Shown here: positions 34,827 through 44,506 of the stretch, one piece after another
Position numbering within the stretch: the first letter of the stretch is position 1
Layout: every line of letters starts with the position of its first letter
Source: an uncultured Candidatus Saccharibacteria bacterium
GTDB lineage: Bacteria > Patescibacteriota > Saccharimonadia > Saccharimonadales > CAZDBS01
NCBI GenBank assembly: GCA_964503775.1
Contig: CAZDBS010000002.1
Span: 3,542 to 67,541, forward strand
Length of the DNA: 64,000 nucleotides
Direction of reading: 5' to 3'
Translations under genes and position numbers: made by a program
Notes under the pieces: generated by a model
Databases searched by the model: none
Seen by the model: the letters and a program-made list of their open reading frames with translations, nothing else
What the model was told of the DNA's origin: nothing

Positions 34827-35642
34827 TTAGCCGTTGGCTCCGTGAGCACCGCGGCGCTGTAAGGCCATCGCTCCTTCGTGTGAGGCGATGTTAAGTGCCT
34901 GGTGTATGTCTCCAGTACTTGCGAGCCCGAATGTTAGTCCCGCCGCAAAAGAATCTCCGCAACCATGAGCGTCAACTACATATTCTTCTGCCACATACTC
35001 AGCCGGATACTTCCCGCCAGGATCGACAACACCACCGGCAGCCCCCATGGTTTTAACTACAAATCTAGGAGCTATCTTCAGATCACCAGCCTCATACGCC
35101 TCGTCCCTATCTTGCTGACTGCACACAAGTACATCAAGCTGGACACCAGCCTGTTGCAACACAGGTAGCTCGCGGGCAGTAGCAACCAGGAATTTTGCCC
35201 GCCTCGCATACTGCAGTGCCTCGACGTCACCACTTACAAAATATACTGCATCAGCGTCCTTAAGGTCTTGCCAAGGCATTGCAGCACTACTCGCCTTGCC
35301 ACTTGGCCTAAGTGTCCCAGCAACAATGATCGTCCTCTCCTTGGCGTCATCTATCTGAACGAAAGCACGGTTTGTTGATTGGTGCGATACTCGTTCAGAA
35401 TAAACCCGCACTCCATGTTGCTCGAGATTAGCAACTCCTGAGCTCCCAAGATCATCGGCTCCCACTGATGTATAAAGCAAACAGTTACCTGCTAGCCGGC
35501 CGATGACAACAGCCGCGATACCCGCCCCACCCGCCATCTCATCCCATGATTCATGAGCGACGATTATCTCACCGGATTGAGGTACCCTATCAACTCGAAC
35601 GAACTCGCACCATTCCACATGTCCGACGACAGCAACTTTCAT
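34827..35642 (-). CDS. PfkB-family sugar/nucleoside kinase
   Basis: The ribokinase-fold C-terminal motif DAHGCGDSFAAG and the N-terminal VVGHVEW pattern. 271 aa. Confidence 0.7.
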   Translation of the reverse strand: MKVAVVGHVEWCEFVRVDRVPQSGEIIVAHESWDEMAGGAGIAAVVIGRLAGNCLLYTSVGADDLGSSGVANLEQHGVRVYSERVSHQSTNRAFVQIDDAKERTIIVAGTLRPSGKASSAAMPWQDLKDADAVYFVSGDVEALQYARRAKFLVATARELPVLQQAGVQLDVLVCSQQDRDEAYEAGDLKIAPRFVVKTMGAAGGVVDPGGKYPAEYVAEEYVVDAHGCGDSFAAGLTFGLASTGDIHQALNIASHEGAMALQRRGAHGANG

Positions 35643-35704
35643 ATTCAGACAGTATACACATTAAGAGAGACTATTTTTCTAAATCAGCCTGACAAAAGAT
35701 TCGC

Positions 35705-36379
35705 TTACTTTAGTAGATCGTCAGATATCGACACGAAGATCACGTCGATTTTGTTGCTGGCATTGACGTGGAACGAGATAACGTAATTGTTGGCAGATTT
35801 GCCAACAATTGTACTCGTACCGAAGTACTGACCATAGAAGCCATTTTTATAGGTCGTCAGAGTTGCAGCCGATAATGCGAAGTTCCATGGATCAGTCGCT
35901 GCACTTATGTAGGCGAGATCGCTGATTGCTTCGGTCGGAGTCCGAGGCCCAGCTTTCTCGGAAGCCGCAAACACGACATTGACACTCGTTGCCATGTAAC
36001 CCTCCAGAGCGGCGGTGTTTTTGCTAGTGATTGAGTCGGTAACATTCTGTTTGAGTGCCGCGGTTGGAACAGTTGCTGTCGTCGTAGTTGTGGTCGTAGC
36101 GGTAGTTTTGACGGCTGCGGCTGCTTTGGCATCATCGGCTTCTTTGGTTTTGGCGGCGACTTGCTTCGTCAAATCCTCGACTTTTAGCTGCAATTCGGCT
36201 TCGGTTTTCTTCAGACCGCGATTATCATCGACAACCGATTTGTACTTCCAACCAACTAGACCACTAATCAAGAGCAGTAGTATTAGCAGGACTAGAAACA
36301 ACAGTTTCTTTTTTTCCCTGGGTTTCTTGGGCTCTTTTTCCTTGGCTGGTGCGTCTTCTTGTGTTTTGGTTTCTTCCAT
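35705..36379 (-). CDS. membrane-anchored hypothetical protein with coiled-coil and poly-Thr linker
   Basis: A Lys/Glu-rich N-terminus, a TM (LLFLVLLILLLLISGLVGW), a TTATTTTTTTATV linker and a C-terminal globular domain. Confidence 0.55.
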   Translation of the reverse strand: MEETKTQEDAPAKEKEPKKPREKKKLLFLVLLILLLLISGLVGWKYKSVVDDNRGLKKTEAELQLKVEDLTKQVAAKTKEADDAKAAAAVKTTATTTTTTTATVPTAALKQNVTDSITSKNTAALEGYMATSVNVVFAASEKAGPRTPTEAISDLAYISAATDPWNFALSAATLTTYKNGFYGQYFGTSTIVGKSANNYVISFHVNASNKIDVIFVSISDDLLK

Positions 36380-36389
36380 ATTTCTCCCT

Positions 36390-37325
36390 TTACTTCGCTT
36401 GATGTACTTTACCTTTGGGCAGGTGGACGCTGGCTTTCAGTTCACCGATGAGCAACACCGCCACTAGTCCGATTGAGAGCAGATGTCCATATATCGCCTC
36501 ACCCCATAGCATGATAGTAGTTGTGACGATCACTCCTAGCAGTATGAGGGCGACGATCCGAGGGATGCGATTGAGGATAAGCAAGAGTCCAAGTAGTAAC
36601 TTGACGCTACCGATGACGATGATGAAAAGTCTGTCGCTGGCACCGAGACCCGAGAGAAAATTCCAGTCATGCTGAGCCAGGAAAGCACCTGCCAAACCGG
36701 TATTGAGTAGGATCTCACTGAAGGCCAACGTCACTAGAGCTACACCAGCCATGACCCCATATATCCTGTACGCCGCATAGTTGGTATTACCCTCGACTTT
36801 TTTGTGCTCCTCGAACACCATGTTCAAGCTCAACGGGCCGTTGCCTTTGAGCACTAGGTAAGCACCAGCACCGACGACACCTAGTTGCTCCAGTACATTC
36901 GTTACTCCGGTTTTAAGTCCTATCAGGACGAACAATGCTGCCAAAGCAGCTAAAGCAAATCTCTCGAAGATACCCAATACCCAACATAACCCAACGAAGA
37001 TCTGCAGACCAAACATCCAGGTACTGGTCGGTTCGATATGAGGTGCCAAGACATGATGTTTCCAACTCAATAGCAACAAACCGCTACCGGCGGTCACTCG
37101 TACGATAAACGGCAGCCAGACTCGTCGCTTTTCAAATCGTTGGCCGAGTTTGACATAGACGCCGCTGAGCTTGCCTGTCAGCCACACAGATATTAACAAT
37201 CCTGCAGCCACTATCGCGGCTACGACGAGCCATTCAGTGCCTTTGAGGCTTGGACCGTCTACCATGTCTTCGATAAACCATTTGATATGACCGGGTTGAG
37301 ATACGAGCGATGCCCACATTTGCAA
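36390..37325 (-). CDS. polytopic integral membrane protein (DoxX-like, tentative)
   Basis: 311 aa with about 8 hydrophobic helices. It is tightly packed (10-20 nt gaps) between its neighbours on the same strand. Confidence 0.5.
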   Translation of the reverse strand: MQMWASLVSQPGHIKWFIEDMVDGPSLKGTEWLVVAAIVAAGLLISVWLTGKLSGVYVKLGQRFEKRRVWLPFIVRVTAGSGLLLLSWKHHVLAPHIEPTSTWMFGLQIFVGLCWVLGIFERFALAALAALFVLIGLKTGVTNVLEQLGVVGAGAYLVLKGNGPLSLNMVFEEHKKVEGNTNYAAYRIYGVMAGVALVTLAFSEILLNTGLAGAFLAQHDWNFLSGLGASDRLFIIVIGSVKLLLGLLLILNRIPRIVALILLGVIVTTTIMLWGEAIYGHLLSIGLVAVLLIGELKASVHLPKGKVHQAK

Positions 37326-37345
37326 TAGATCCTTTGTCCTTAAGC

Positions 37346-40300
37346 TTAATCCTTTGGCTTACTTCGTGCAAATCGTTGATAGATAGCTAGGATGATCACG
37401 ATAACCGCCGCGATGCCCATCACCCACCAGTAAGATATACCACCATCGTGAACTTGGAGCTTTTGCAGGCCCTCACCTTGGATTGTAGCCGAGTAATCTT
37501 GCGGGTTGATGATTGCTGTGTTCTGAGGCGAGACCGATCCGCTCTCTGTCGACGAAGAACCGAGAGTCTGTGGCGAAGTGGCTTGCTGTTGGTTAAACGT
37601 CGACCCGGGATTCGACGAACCTGAAGTACCTATAGTTATATCCGTCGATGGCTGAGGTGGGGCTGGAGGTAAACTAGTCGTATTCTGATCCAATGGTGAT
37701 CCTTTGTCCGGGGGATTAGACTCAGTCGCTATGTGTATGAGCTGGTCTGCTAATAATACGCTCAGTATATCACTCTGTTCTTTGGCGTTGTATGCGTAGA
37801 TGCCGTAAACACCACCGACACCGCCCACTACACCCGTGATGTCATATCCATGAGTACCGACTGGTACGTTGGTGACGATCGAGCTGTTCGGTCCGATGAT
37901 CGTGTAGCCATCAATCCCTGTGGTATCAGTTGGTTCATCCCAAGCAAGACGCACGACAGTATCTCCGTACCATATGGCCACGAGATTCGTAGGCGCCTGT
38001 AATGTTGTTTGCTCCACCGGCATATCAGGTTCTAGTATAAGCGTTTCGGGTGCTTCTACAACAGCAGGTAGATTGTCAGAAACCGCTAGTTCAACCAGAT
38101 GACTCATGCCTGACGTATTAAACCCAACCAAATTAAATATCCCGCCAATGCCTTCAAAGATAACCCTGTACGCAAACGAGCTGTCTTGCCTCTCGGCTAC
38201 CCCCAAGACTTCACCCTGAACACCTAGCAGGCGGTAGCCTTCTACAAAAGTCTGAACCACAGGTGGCAGCCAAGAAAATACGATGACGTCACGATCCTGC
38301 CATATTGCATCGAACCCTGATGGCGGCTCCGGTGTTGGCAACAGCGGAACTTGGGCATCTACAGTTTGGCTTTCGCCCGCCTCGTTCACGGCAGTCAGTT
38401 TTAGGAAGCCACCTATATCTATATCGTTTCTATGTAGTACCGTTTCCCTAACAACACCTCTATAGATGACCTGCGAGATATAAGATACTGTAAATTCATC
38501 AGCCTGGCCCAAGTCATCCGGTTGATGCCATGAAAGTACGAGATTATGCAGATCTTGCCAGTAGATATTATCAACGATAGGCGCCAGGGGCTTTTGTAAA
38601 GCGGGACCTGGCAAGACAGTAATGGGCGTGGAGCTACTAGACACATCACTTGCCAGGGCCGTCACGATAATATTTGCACTGTCGGCTCTCGGTATATCGA
38701 TCAAATCAACACCCGTCGTCGCCTCATCAACAATAGTTATGATGTCCTGGGTGTCTGCAAATGCAATTCTGTAACTTAGAACGTTGGGTTGTGGTTGCCA
38801 AGCGAGATGTAACGCTGAGCCGCTAAGAGTTCGATCCGAAACAGTCACTATAGGAGTCGACAAAGCTGGGGGGCTTTTCGGTTTGCCAGGAATATAGACC
38901 GGAGTTACGTCGCTATCATTTTCACCGTTATCACCTATTACATGTAGCCGGGCCAAACCAATATACCCTCTGTCGGTATAGTCCCAAGGACCGGAGCTCA
39001 GACTGCCAGTCGTGCCAGTAACCCTATCTATAACCCCGTCGTCATTAAAATCCCACCTATATTCTTTGATAGGGGTTGAGCTACTAGAAGAGGTAGCTGA
39101 GTTGAACTCTTTGACATAGGGCGAGCTAACACTGCCCGTGAACGGTCCTTGGATAACAGCATCCGGATTTGTAAATTGAAGCTCTAGTGTGTTGCGAAGT
39201 TGTTGGACGATAACTTCTCCAGCAGTTTCACTGTATCTACCATTTGTACCGTTTACAAAACGCACTAACTGCATGTGAGCAATCGACTGGTTGTAAATGG
39301 GTTGTTGGATGATTGAGATGCTCACGCCCTTCGTGACAGCTTTGCTGATTTCGCCATCTACCGACAATCCGGTCAAAGGTTCGGTACTTTTCAATATGTA
39401 AGGGTCCCAATCGCGGGCAGGTGACATATTTATCACCAATATTTTCTTGTTGGAAGTTGGATCCCAATCTGGGCTGTTAAGGGCTACATCCAACCCGGAA
39501 AGCAAGGCCGCTGCAGTTCCATCTGACGATTTACAACCTGGCTCCAGATACTGGATGCCTTTCACTATATCGTCGAAATTGTTGGTGAAGGCCAAGGTTT
39601 GTTTGGCGATAAAGGCATTTGATACATTTTTGCCGATGTCACAATACTGCGTCACGCCAACTCTCGCGTTTGGGTATTCTCGAATGATCGCTTTGGCATA
39701 ATTTTTGGCCCAACCCTGGATCGAGGAGTTAACCCGAGCCATGTTGGGTGTTATTTCTCGTACCAGCATGATGTCGGTTGGTTTTTGATGTTCCTGTTTC
39801 ATAGTCAGCTGGGTTTGAATTTTCAACAACTCACGAGCTTCCAATGCCGACTTCAATCGCTCGGCAATTTCATCAGTGGCTTGAGGTATCCAAACATCAG
39901 GGTAGTGTTGATGGGCGTGTAAGTTACTCGTCGAGATAATGCTACTACAGACATAGTCACCAGCCGTACACCAGCTACCAACTCGCCCATATAGGTAGTC
40001 AGGGATGTAAGGATTTCGAGCGTCAAGCGAACCGCCGTATTTGGCATACTCGAAGTCGCCACGAAGCCATGGAGCCTGAGCCGCCTGAGCTTGTCCAAGT
40101 TCGTGGCTTTTAAAGCTGGGGTCTGTGACTGTTTTCATCTGAGCCAGTGAGAGGAACCGAGAATTAGGATTGGATTGGTATATCGGACCAGGGTTAAACT
40201 TTGGATCACCGAAAAGCGCTACAAATGTCAATTTATTGCCCACATTTTTAGGCAGTCTCCATAGAGTTTCACCGACAACTTGCGCCCCTTGAGAATACCC

Positions 40301-40762
40301 ACCGAGAACGATCTTCTGATCAGGACACTCTATGACTCGATCTTGGAGAAAGCCAGTTAACTCCTGGACGCCATCCTCGACACTTTGAGGATAGTTGCCA
40401 CCCGTAAGCTTGGCGAGCGTCCACTCGGCACTCGCCATATTCACCAAAGGCTGCCCCCAAGGCCCAACTGGCACGGCGACATAACCTTTTGAGCTATAGC
40501 CTACAAAGTTTGTGAGATTTATACCCTCGTATGTATAGTTGTTTGTTTTTTGGCGTACCTGGCCTAGAAAGTCTTTTGTTTCGTTAAGACTATCACTGTC
40601 AATATAGTCCTTTGTGCCATAGATGTAGGCAGGCTGCCCCGATCCTCTCAGGAAAATTGTCACAATATCGGTGCAGACACCTTGAGCACTTGACGGTCGA
40701 GACGCTAACAACAAACCAACAATTACCAGCGTGATGCCAGCAATTGAGTAGATTCTGCGCAT
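37346..40762 (-). CDS. 1138-aa surface protein with an N-terminal cutinase-like serine esterase domain, vWA-like/PKD/FN3-like modules and a C-terminal TM anchor
   Basis: A signal peptide, the cutinase signature IVLGGYSQGAQVVGE (Ser ~aa 157), a PKD-like YRWDFNDDGVID, repeated W-containing FN3-like modules (LAWQP, LSWHQP, FSWLPP, LAWDEP), an S/T/P-rich stalk and a terminal TM (YWWVMGIAAVIVIILAIY). Confidence 0.7.
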   Translation of the reverse strand: MRRIYSIAGITLVIVGLLLASRPSSAQGVCTDIVTIFLRGSGQPAYIYGTKDYIDSDSLNETKDFLGQVRQKTNNYTYEGINLTNFVGYSSKGYVAVPVGPWGQPLVNMASAEWTLAKLTGGNYPQSVEDGVQELTGFLQDRVIECPDQKIVLGGYSQGAQVVGETLWRLPKNVGNKLTFVALFGDPKFNPGPIYQSNPNSRFLSLAQMKTVTDPSFKSHELGQAQAAQAPWLRGDFEYAKYGGSLDARNPYIPDYLYGRVGSWCTAGDYVCSSIISTSNLHAHQHYPDVWIPQATDEIAERLKSALEARELLKIQTQLTMKQEHQKPTDIMLVREITPNMARVNSSIQGWAKNYAKAIIREYPNARVGVTQYCDIGKNVSNAFIAKQTLAFTNNFDDIVKGIQYLEPGCKSSDGTAAALLSGLDVALNSPDWDPTSNKKILVINMSPARDWDPYILKSTEPLTGLSVDGEISKAVTKGVSISIIQQPIYNQSIAHMQLVRFVNGTNGRYSETAGEVIVQQLRNTLELQFTNPDAVIQGPFTGSVSSPYVKEFNSATSSSSSTPIKEYRWDFNDDGVIDRVTGTTGSLSSGPWDYTDRGYIGLARLHVIGDNGENDSDVTPVYIPGKPKSPPALSTPIVTVSDRTLSGSALHLAWQPQPNVLSYRIAFADTQDIITIVDEATTGVDLIDIPRADSANIIVTALASDVSSSSTPITVLPGPALQKPLAPIVDNIYWQDLHNLVLSWHQPDDLGQADEFTVSYISQVIYRGVVRETVLHRNDIDIGGFLKLTAVNEAGESQTVDAQVPLLPTPEPPSGFDAIWQDRDVIVFSWLPPVVQTFVEGYRLLGVQGEVLGVAERQDSSFAYRVIFEGIGGIFNLVGFNTSGMSHLVELAVSDNLPAVVEAPETLILEPDMPVEQTTLQAPTNLVAIWYGDTVVRLAWDEPTDTTGIDGYTIIGPNSSIVTNVPVGTHGYDITGVVGGVGGVYGIYAYNAKEQSDILSVLLADQLIHIATESNPPDKGSPLDQNTTSLPPAPPQPSTDITIGTSGSSNPGSTFNQQQATSPQTLGSSSTESGSVSPQNTAIINPQDYSATIQGEGLQKLQVHDGGISYWWVMGIAAVIVIILAIYQRFARSKPKD

Positions 40763-40769
40763 GCTTTCG

Positions 40770-41321
40770 TCACCTTACAAAGATCGTGATGTTGATTGGT
40801 ATGTCACTTGTCTTACCAATAAATTCGTCTTGCACAGAAAGGCTGGTTCTTATCGTCCCTTTTTCGCCATTTGTTGAACAATCTCCCGGTTCAAAGAGTG
40901 TCCTCCCCGTGTATATGGTGGGCATACAGTTTAAGCTACTCTTAATATTAGAGTATCCAGCGTTACTAAGTGTCTCTTCGAAATAAACCCTAGGATCGGC
41001 TTCAAGACTTGGTGCGATTACTTTTCTCATAAGGTTGGGGCACTTCACATTTGCGAAAGGATTTTCACATATACCAAATAAGTCTCGGGTATCTTTTCTA
41101 TATGATTTCTCCTCACGCCATTCATCTGGGAGATTTAGCACATTAAGTTCGTGTTCAAGTTTATGGAGCTTTGGACTAACGCTGAATGTCACGCCGACAA
41201 GATATAGGATCAGCAACAGCAGACAAAGCCCCGGCATGCTCCAAGCGAGCAGACGCTTTATCCTCCACTGATGCCCATTCATAACCCAGATAATACACTT
41301 ATGCTTCACATTATGGAACAT
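40770..41321 (-). CDS. single-TM hypothetical protein
   Basis: 183-aa ORF with the TM LCLLLLILYLVGV, 7 nt upstream of the cutinase-like gene. Confidence 0.45.
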   Translation of the reverse strand: MFHNVKHKCIIWVMNGHQWRIKRLLAWSMPGLCLLLLILYLVGVTFSVSPKLHKLEHELNVLNLPDEWREEKSYRKDTRDLFGICENPFANVKCPNLMRKVIAPSLEADPRVYFEETLSNAGYSNIKSSLNCMPTIYTGRTLFEPGDCSTNGEKGTIRTSLSVQDEFIGKTSDIPINITIFVR

Positions 41322-41359
41322 TCAGCTACTGTACAAGGTCCGACTTTGTGCAGTAGAGA

Positions 41360-41899
41360 CTAGAACTTGATGGGGATACTGAGCGAGTCATCCTTCTCAG
41401 GTAGGCCGGAGGGGTTGTCCTTCTGCAGCAACAGAGTCCCGTCACCCGTGGCTGCAGGGAACTCTAGCTTGACCCAGAAGGGCACGAGTTGATCGGTCAT
41501 CCAATCACCAAGTAGCTGGGCTGGCTCCCGAACGAGAACAGTACCGATGCTGTCTTTGACCGCGATAGGGAAGCTAGCTTCAAACGACCAATTGCCCGGC
41601 ACTTGGCCGATTACAACTAGAGGTGATGAGACTTTGGAGTTTTTCTCCGGTACGAACACCTTTAGCTTGACTCCCCCTTTGGATGTATATAGGTAGGTAT
41701 TGGCGAGCTGTTGGTTGATAATCTTCTGACTATCTAGTTGTGATGTCAGTGAAGTCACTTTGCTATCGAGATTGTCTACTTTGTCCTGTTGCCATTGATA
41801 CAAATAGTATCCCGATCCTACGACTGCAACAACTATGAACAACACAACGAGCATCCACCTGACTAGGCGAGTAATCCTTGATTTCTTCATAGGTTCCAT
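41360..41899 (-). CDS. Gmad2 immunoglobulin-like domain protein, membrane-anchored
   Basis: A TM, then SSPLVVIGQVPGNWSFEASFPIAVKDSIGTVLVREPAQLLGDWMTDQLVPFWVKLEF, which follows the Gmad2 pattern (I.G.A...FE..f...l.d..G..l). Confidence 0.5.
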   Translation of the reverse strand: MEPMKKSRITRLVRWMLVVLFIVVAVVGSGYYLYQWQQDKVDNLDSKVTSLTSQLDSQKIINQQLANTYLYTSKGGVKLKVFVPEKNSKVSSPLVVIGQVPGNWSFEASFPIAVKDSIGTVLVREPAQLLGDWMTDQLVPFWVKLEFPAATGDGTLLLQKDNPSGLPEKDDSLSIPIKF

Positions 41900-42122
41900 A
41901 TCGATCCTCCTCGAGATGGATTATGGAACAGACTGCTAATTTTCGCTGTGATTTACATCACTAGCCAGTCGAGACAATAGAAAAGACCTAAGGTGCATGT
42001 GATGGTTTGGTGGATAGCGAGTAGCCATCCCAATCATCACGACCCGAGGTCTTAGCCCGAAAGGAGACGAGCGGTGTACTCACGCTCTCTGCGACTCCTC
42101 TCGGGGACGTTCATGGTGCAAT

Positions 42123-42599
42123 TCAGGCGGCCGGCAAGGGCGATCGGTACGGCATCATCAGGTCCAAGAGATCCTGCGTCATCCAGACGATCTGCTGATC
42201 ACCCTCACCCGACGTTCCGATCAGACGATCCTCTATCAACTGCCTGATCCCTTCCAGCAACAAGTGCTCGGCTGCCGGTTCGGCCAAAACGGATGTGTCT
42301 TCGAACTCATCCTTGACCGACAAAAGCGGCTTGGCCTGGAACAGCTCATGCCGCACACCGAGGTCCAGCCCCTTCAGGCTAATGGCTGCCCATGACCGGT
42401 GCGTTAGGAGGACCTGAAGCATCCGCCTGGCAGCTTCTCTCTGTGCCGGCGTTGGCAGGCGGTACGGCTTGGTGGCCGAGAGCAGGGCGAGCCGGTAGTC
42501 GGACGGTTTGCCGCGAAGCTTGATGCCCTCGGGCATCGGAAGATACGCCCAATCTGGGAGTACCTGAACAAGCAAAGGCCTGGTGGTGGTCAATTTCAT
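42123..42599 (-). CDS. orphan hypothetical protein (locally GC-rich, about 58% by hand count)
   Basis: 158-aa ORF downstream of the LexA-N-domain gene. No motif recognised. Two long hairpins follow it. Confidence 0.4.
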   Translation of the reverse strand: MKLTTTRPLLVQVLPDWAYLPMPEGIKLRGKPSDYRLALLSATKPYRLPTPAQREAARRMLQVLLTHRSWAAISLKGLDLGVRHELFQAKPLLSVKDEFEDTSVLAEPAAEHLLLEGIRQLIEDRLIGTSGEGDQQIVWMTQDLLDLMMPYRSPLPAA

Positions 42600-42663
42600 A
42601 CCCTTCAGTCGGAACTATTCACCATGAATAGCCCATCTATTAAACAATAAAACGAGTCCTAGT

Positions 42664-43125
42664 TCAAGACTGGGCAGTCGATTTGGTCTTCAGTTTGGTA
42701 AGTCGTTCTAAGAAAGCGTCCGATGATTCTTGGAACTTCAGCACCTTGAGCGCCCCGACGAGGACATACAGCTCGTTCAATATATCATTCTCAATCTGAT
42801 CGAGGCCTTCGATCTTACGGAAGGCCTGTTCGACTTTATGCACCAGCCACGTTTCCTCTGGAGATTTGGCAGATGGATCTACGTAGTCTTTATCATCATG
42901 ATTTACAACTTCCAACGAACGCGCAGAATTGTCACGCTTTCTTAGGTGTCCTCGGGAAATCAAGTTATTGATATGCACCGCTACGGTCGCCACAGAATTG
43001 TATGAGCAGCCGCTCATGATCTCCCGATAACTAGGGCTGTAGCCGTGCTGAGTGATGAAGCTCTGGATGTAGCTCAGGAGTTCACGCTGCTTCTTCGTCG
43101 GACGGATTGTTTGCTTTTTGTCCAT
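42664..43125 (-). CDS. LexA-type winged-helix DNA-binding protein lacking the S24 peptidase domain
   Basis: TKKQRELLSYIQSFITQHGYSPSYREIMSGCSYNSVATVAVHINNLISRGHLRK is a clear LexA_DNA_bind domain. The remaining ~90 aa show no Ser/Lys peptidase motifs. Start placed at MDKKQ. Confidence 0.65.
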   Translation of the reverse strand: MDKKQTIRPTKKQRELLSYIQSFITQHGYSPSYREIMSGCSYNSVATVAVHINNLISRGHLRKRDNSARSLEVVNHDDKDYVDPSAKSPEETWLVHKVEQAFRKIEGLDQIENDILNELYVLVGALKVLKFQESSDAFLERLTKLKTKSTAQS

Positions 43126-44459
43126 GATGTTTTCAGTATACCACCGCTCGATGTGCGAGGCAGTACCATGGCAAATCCTGCCAAACCCCACCAGATGTAG
43201 GCGACATCCTCGTCAGCCCATACATGGAGGAATAGGCCTACAACGCTGAGACCTATTAGGCTAGCACACAGTCCCAGAGCCAGCGGGTTGTCTCGTCTCA
43301 TCCATAAAGACAGTCCGACCAACAGGATAATTCCCGCGAATATGAGGATACCCAAGATCCCTACTTCCTGACCGAGTTGTAGATAGTAATTCTCGCTTGT
43401 TGACGGGTTGGTAAAAGCCAGGCGACGAGCCGCAGGGCCGGCCACTCCGGGTCCACGACCCAATGGATGGCTCACGATATCATCGAGTCCGGTTCGAAAA
43501 GCCTGAAGATGACCTTGGTTGGAGCTCGGTCGATTGATACTTGAATCCGTATGGAAGATGAGATTCTGAACGTAATGATTATTCCTAACTGTGATCCCCA
43601 CGGCACCCACGAGTAACATCACAGCACCGATCGATACAACGGATCGCTTTGTCAAACGACCGTTCATCACTACCCAAGCTGTGACAGCGAGCATACTCGC
43701 TGCACCTATCCAAGCTGACCTCGAATATGTCGCTGACAAAGTCAGTAGACCGAGGATCATAAACGCGCCCAGTTGTTTTTGCGATAATCCGCTCGTCTTT
43801 TTTCTCGCCAGGAGAAATGTAGCGACTACCCCAAGTGGAACTAGTAGGTAGGCCCCCAGAGGGTTCGGCCCACGAAGGGTAGAATTAATGCGCACCAAGT
43901 CTGGTCGCTGTTCGTTCACAGTCAGATAAGGGCGAATCGTATCGTTACCGTATCCGACGTGCCTCAGTACGTCATGAGGCAATATGACCGCTTGAAGTGT
44001 TCCGAAGATCACTACGATACTGGCAGGGACGAGCAGGATTCGAACCAGTTTCGATACCTCGATCTTCTCGTAGAACACAACTATGGTAGCGAGTACGAAC
44101 ACAACCAGGAATCTCAGATTGAACGCAACGCCAGTTAATCGCGCCAGAGGCTCGTCGCTATGCGCTATCCATAGCGCCAGATGCAGACCGCTGAACAGCG
44201 CTATAAGCCTGATAATAGGCGATCGTTTCAAGTATGTCTGAAGTTTGGGGTCGCTAGATACCAGAAGCAATGCCGGTATACACAATACCCCCAGTAGCAA
44301 TTCCTTCCAAGCTAGGACGATGTCGAGACTTGGGGATAGCGAACGAATCCATGTGACTATGACTGCCTGTATCGGCATCAGAATCAACAGTGCAATGATT
44401 CCCCATTTAAGTACCCTGACTAGGTAAGCTCGATCGGACTTGGTAACCGCCATGATCAT
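43074..44459 (-). CDS. O-antigen ligase/polymerase (Wzy_C) family membrane protein
   Basis: 461 aa with about 11 TMs. A TYSRSAWIGA motif sits in the large external loop region typical of the O-antigen ligase family. Confidence 0.6.
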   Translation of the reverse strand: MIMAVTKSDRAYLVRVLKWGIIALLILMPIQAVIVTWIRSLSPSLDIVLAWKELLLGVLCIPALLLVSSDPKLQTYLKRSPIIRLIALFSGLHLALWIAHSDEPLARLTGVAFNLRFLVVFVLATIVVFYEKIEVSKLVRILLVPASIVVIFGTLQAVILPHDVLRHVGYGNDTIRPYLTVNEQRPDLVRINSTLRGPNPLGAYLLVPLGVVATFLLARKKTSGLSQKQLGAFMILGLLTLSATYSRSAWIGAASMLAVTAWVVMNGRLTKRSVVSIGAVMLLVGAVGITVRNNHYVQNLIFHTDSSINRPSSNQGHLQAFRTGLDDIVSHPLGRGPGVAGPAARRLAFTNPSTSENYYLQLGQEVGILGILIFAGIILLVGLSLWMRRDNPLALGLCASLIGLSVVGLFLHVWADEDVAYIWWGLAGFAMVLPRTSSGGILKTSWTKSKQSVRRRSSVNS

Positions 44460-44506
44460 AGTATGACCGAAGTCACGGAGTGATACAATAAAGCCTTAGT
44501 ACGCCT

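Noticed and set aside
36015-36467. A 150-aa plus-strand ORF antisense to 35705-36379 and 36390-37325.
   Set aside because: It is low-complexity (poly-V/A/S) and is the mirror of the poly-Thr/Ala linker. The minus-strand genes have clear TM and domain structure and operon packing.
42123-42599. GC-rich ORF as evidence of very recent foreign DNA or contamination.
   Set aside because: Hand counts give about 58%, against 47-55% in the neighbours. That difference is too modest to claim without proper statistics, so it is kept only as a note within a finding.
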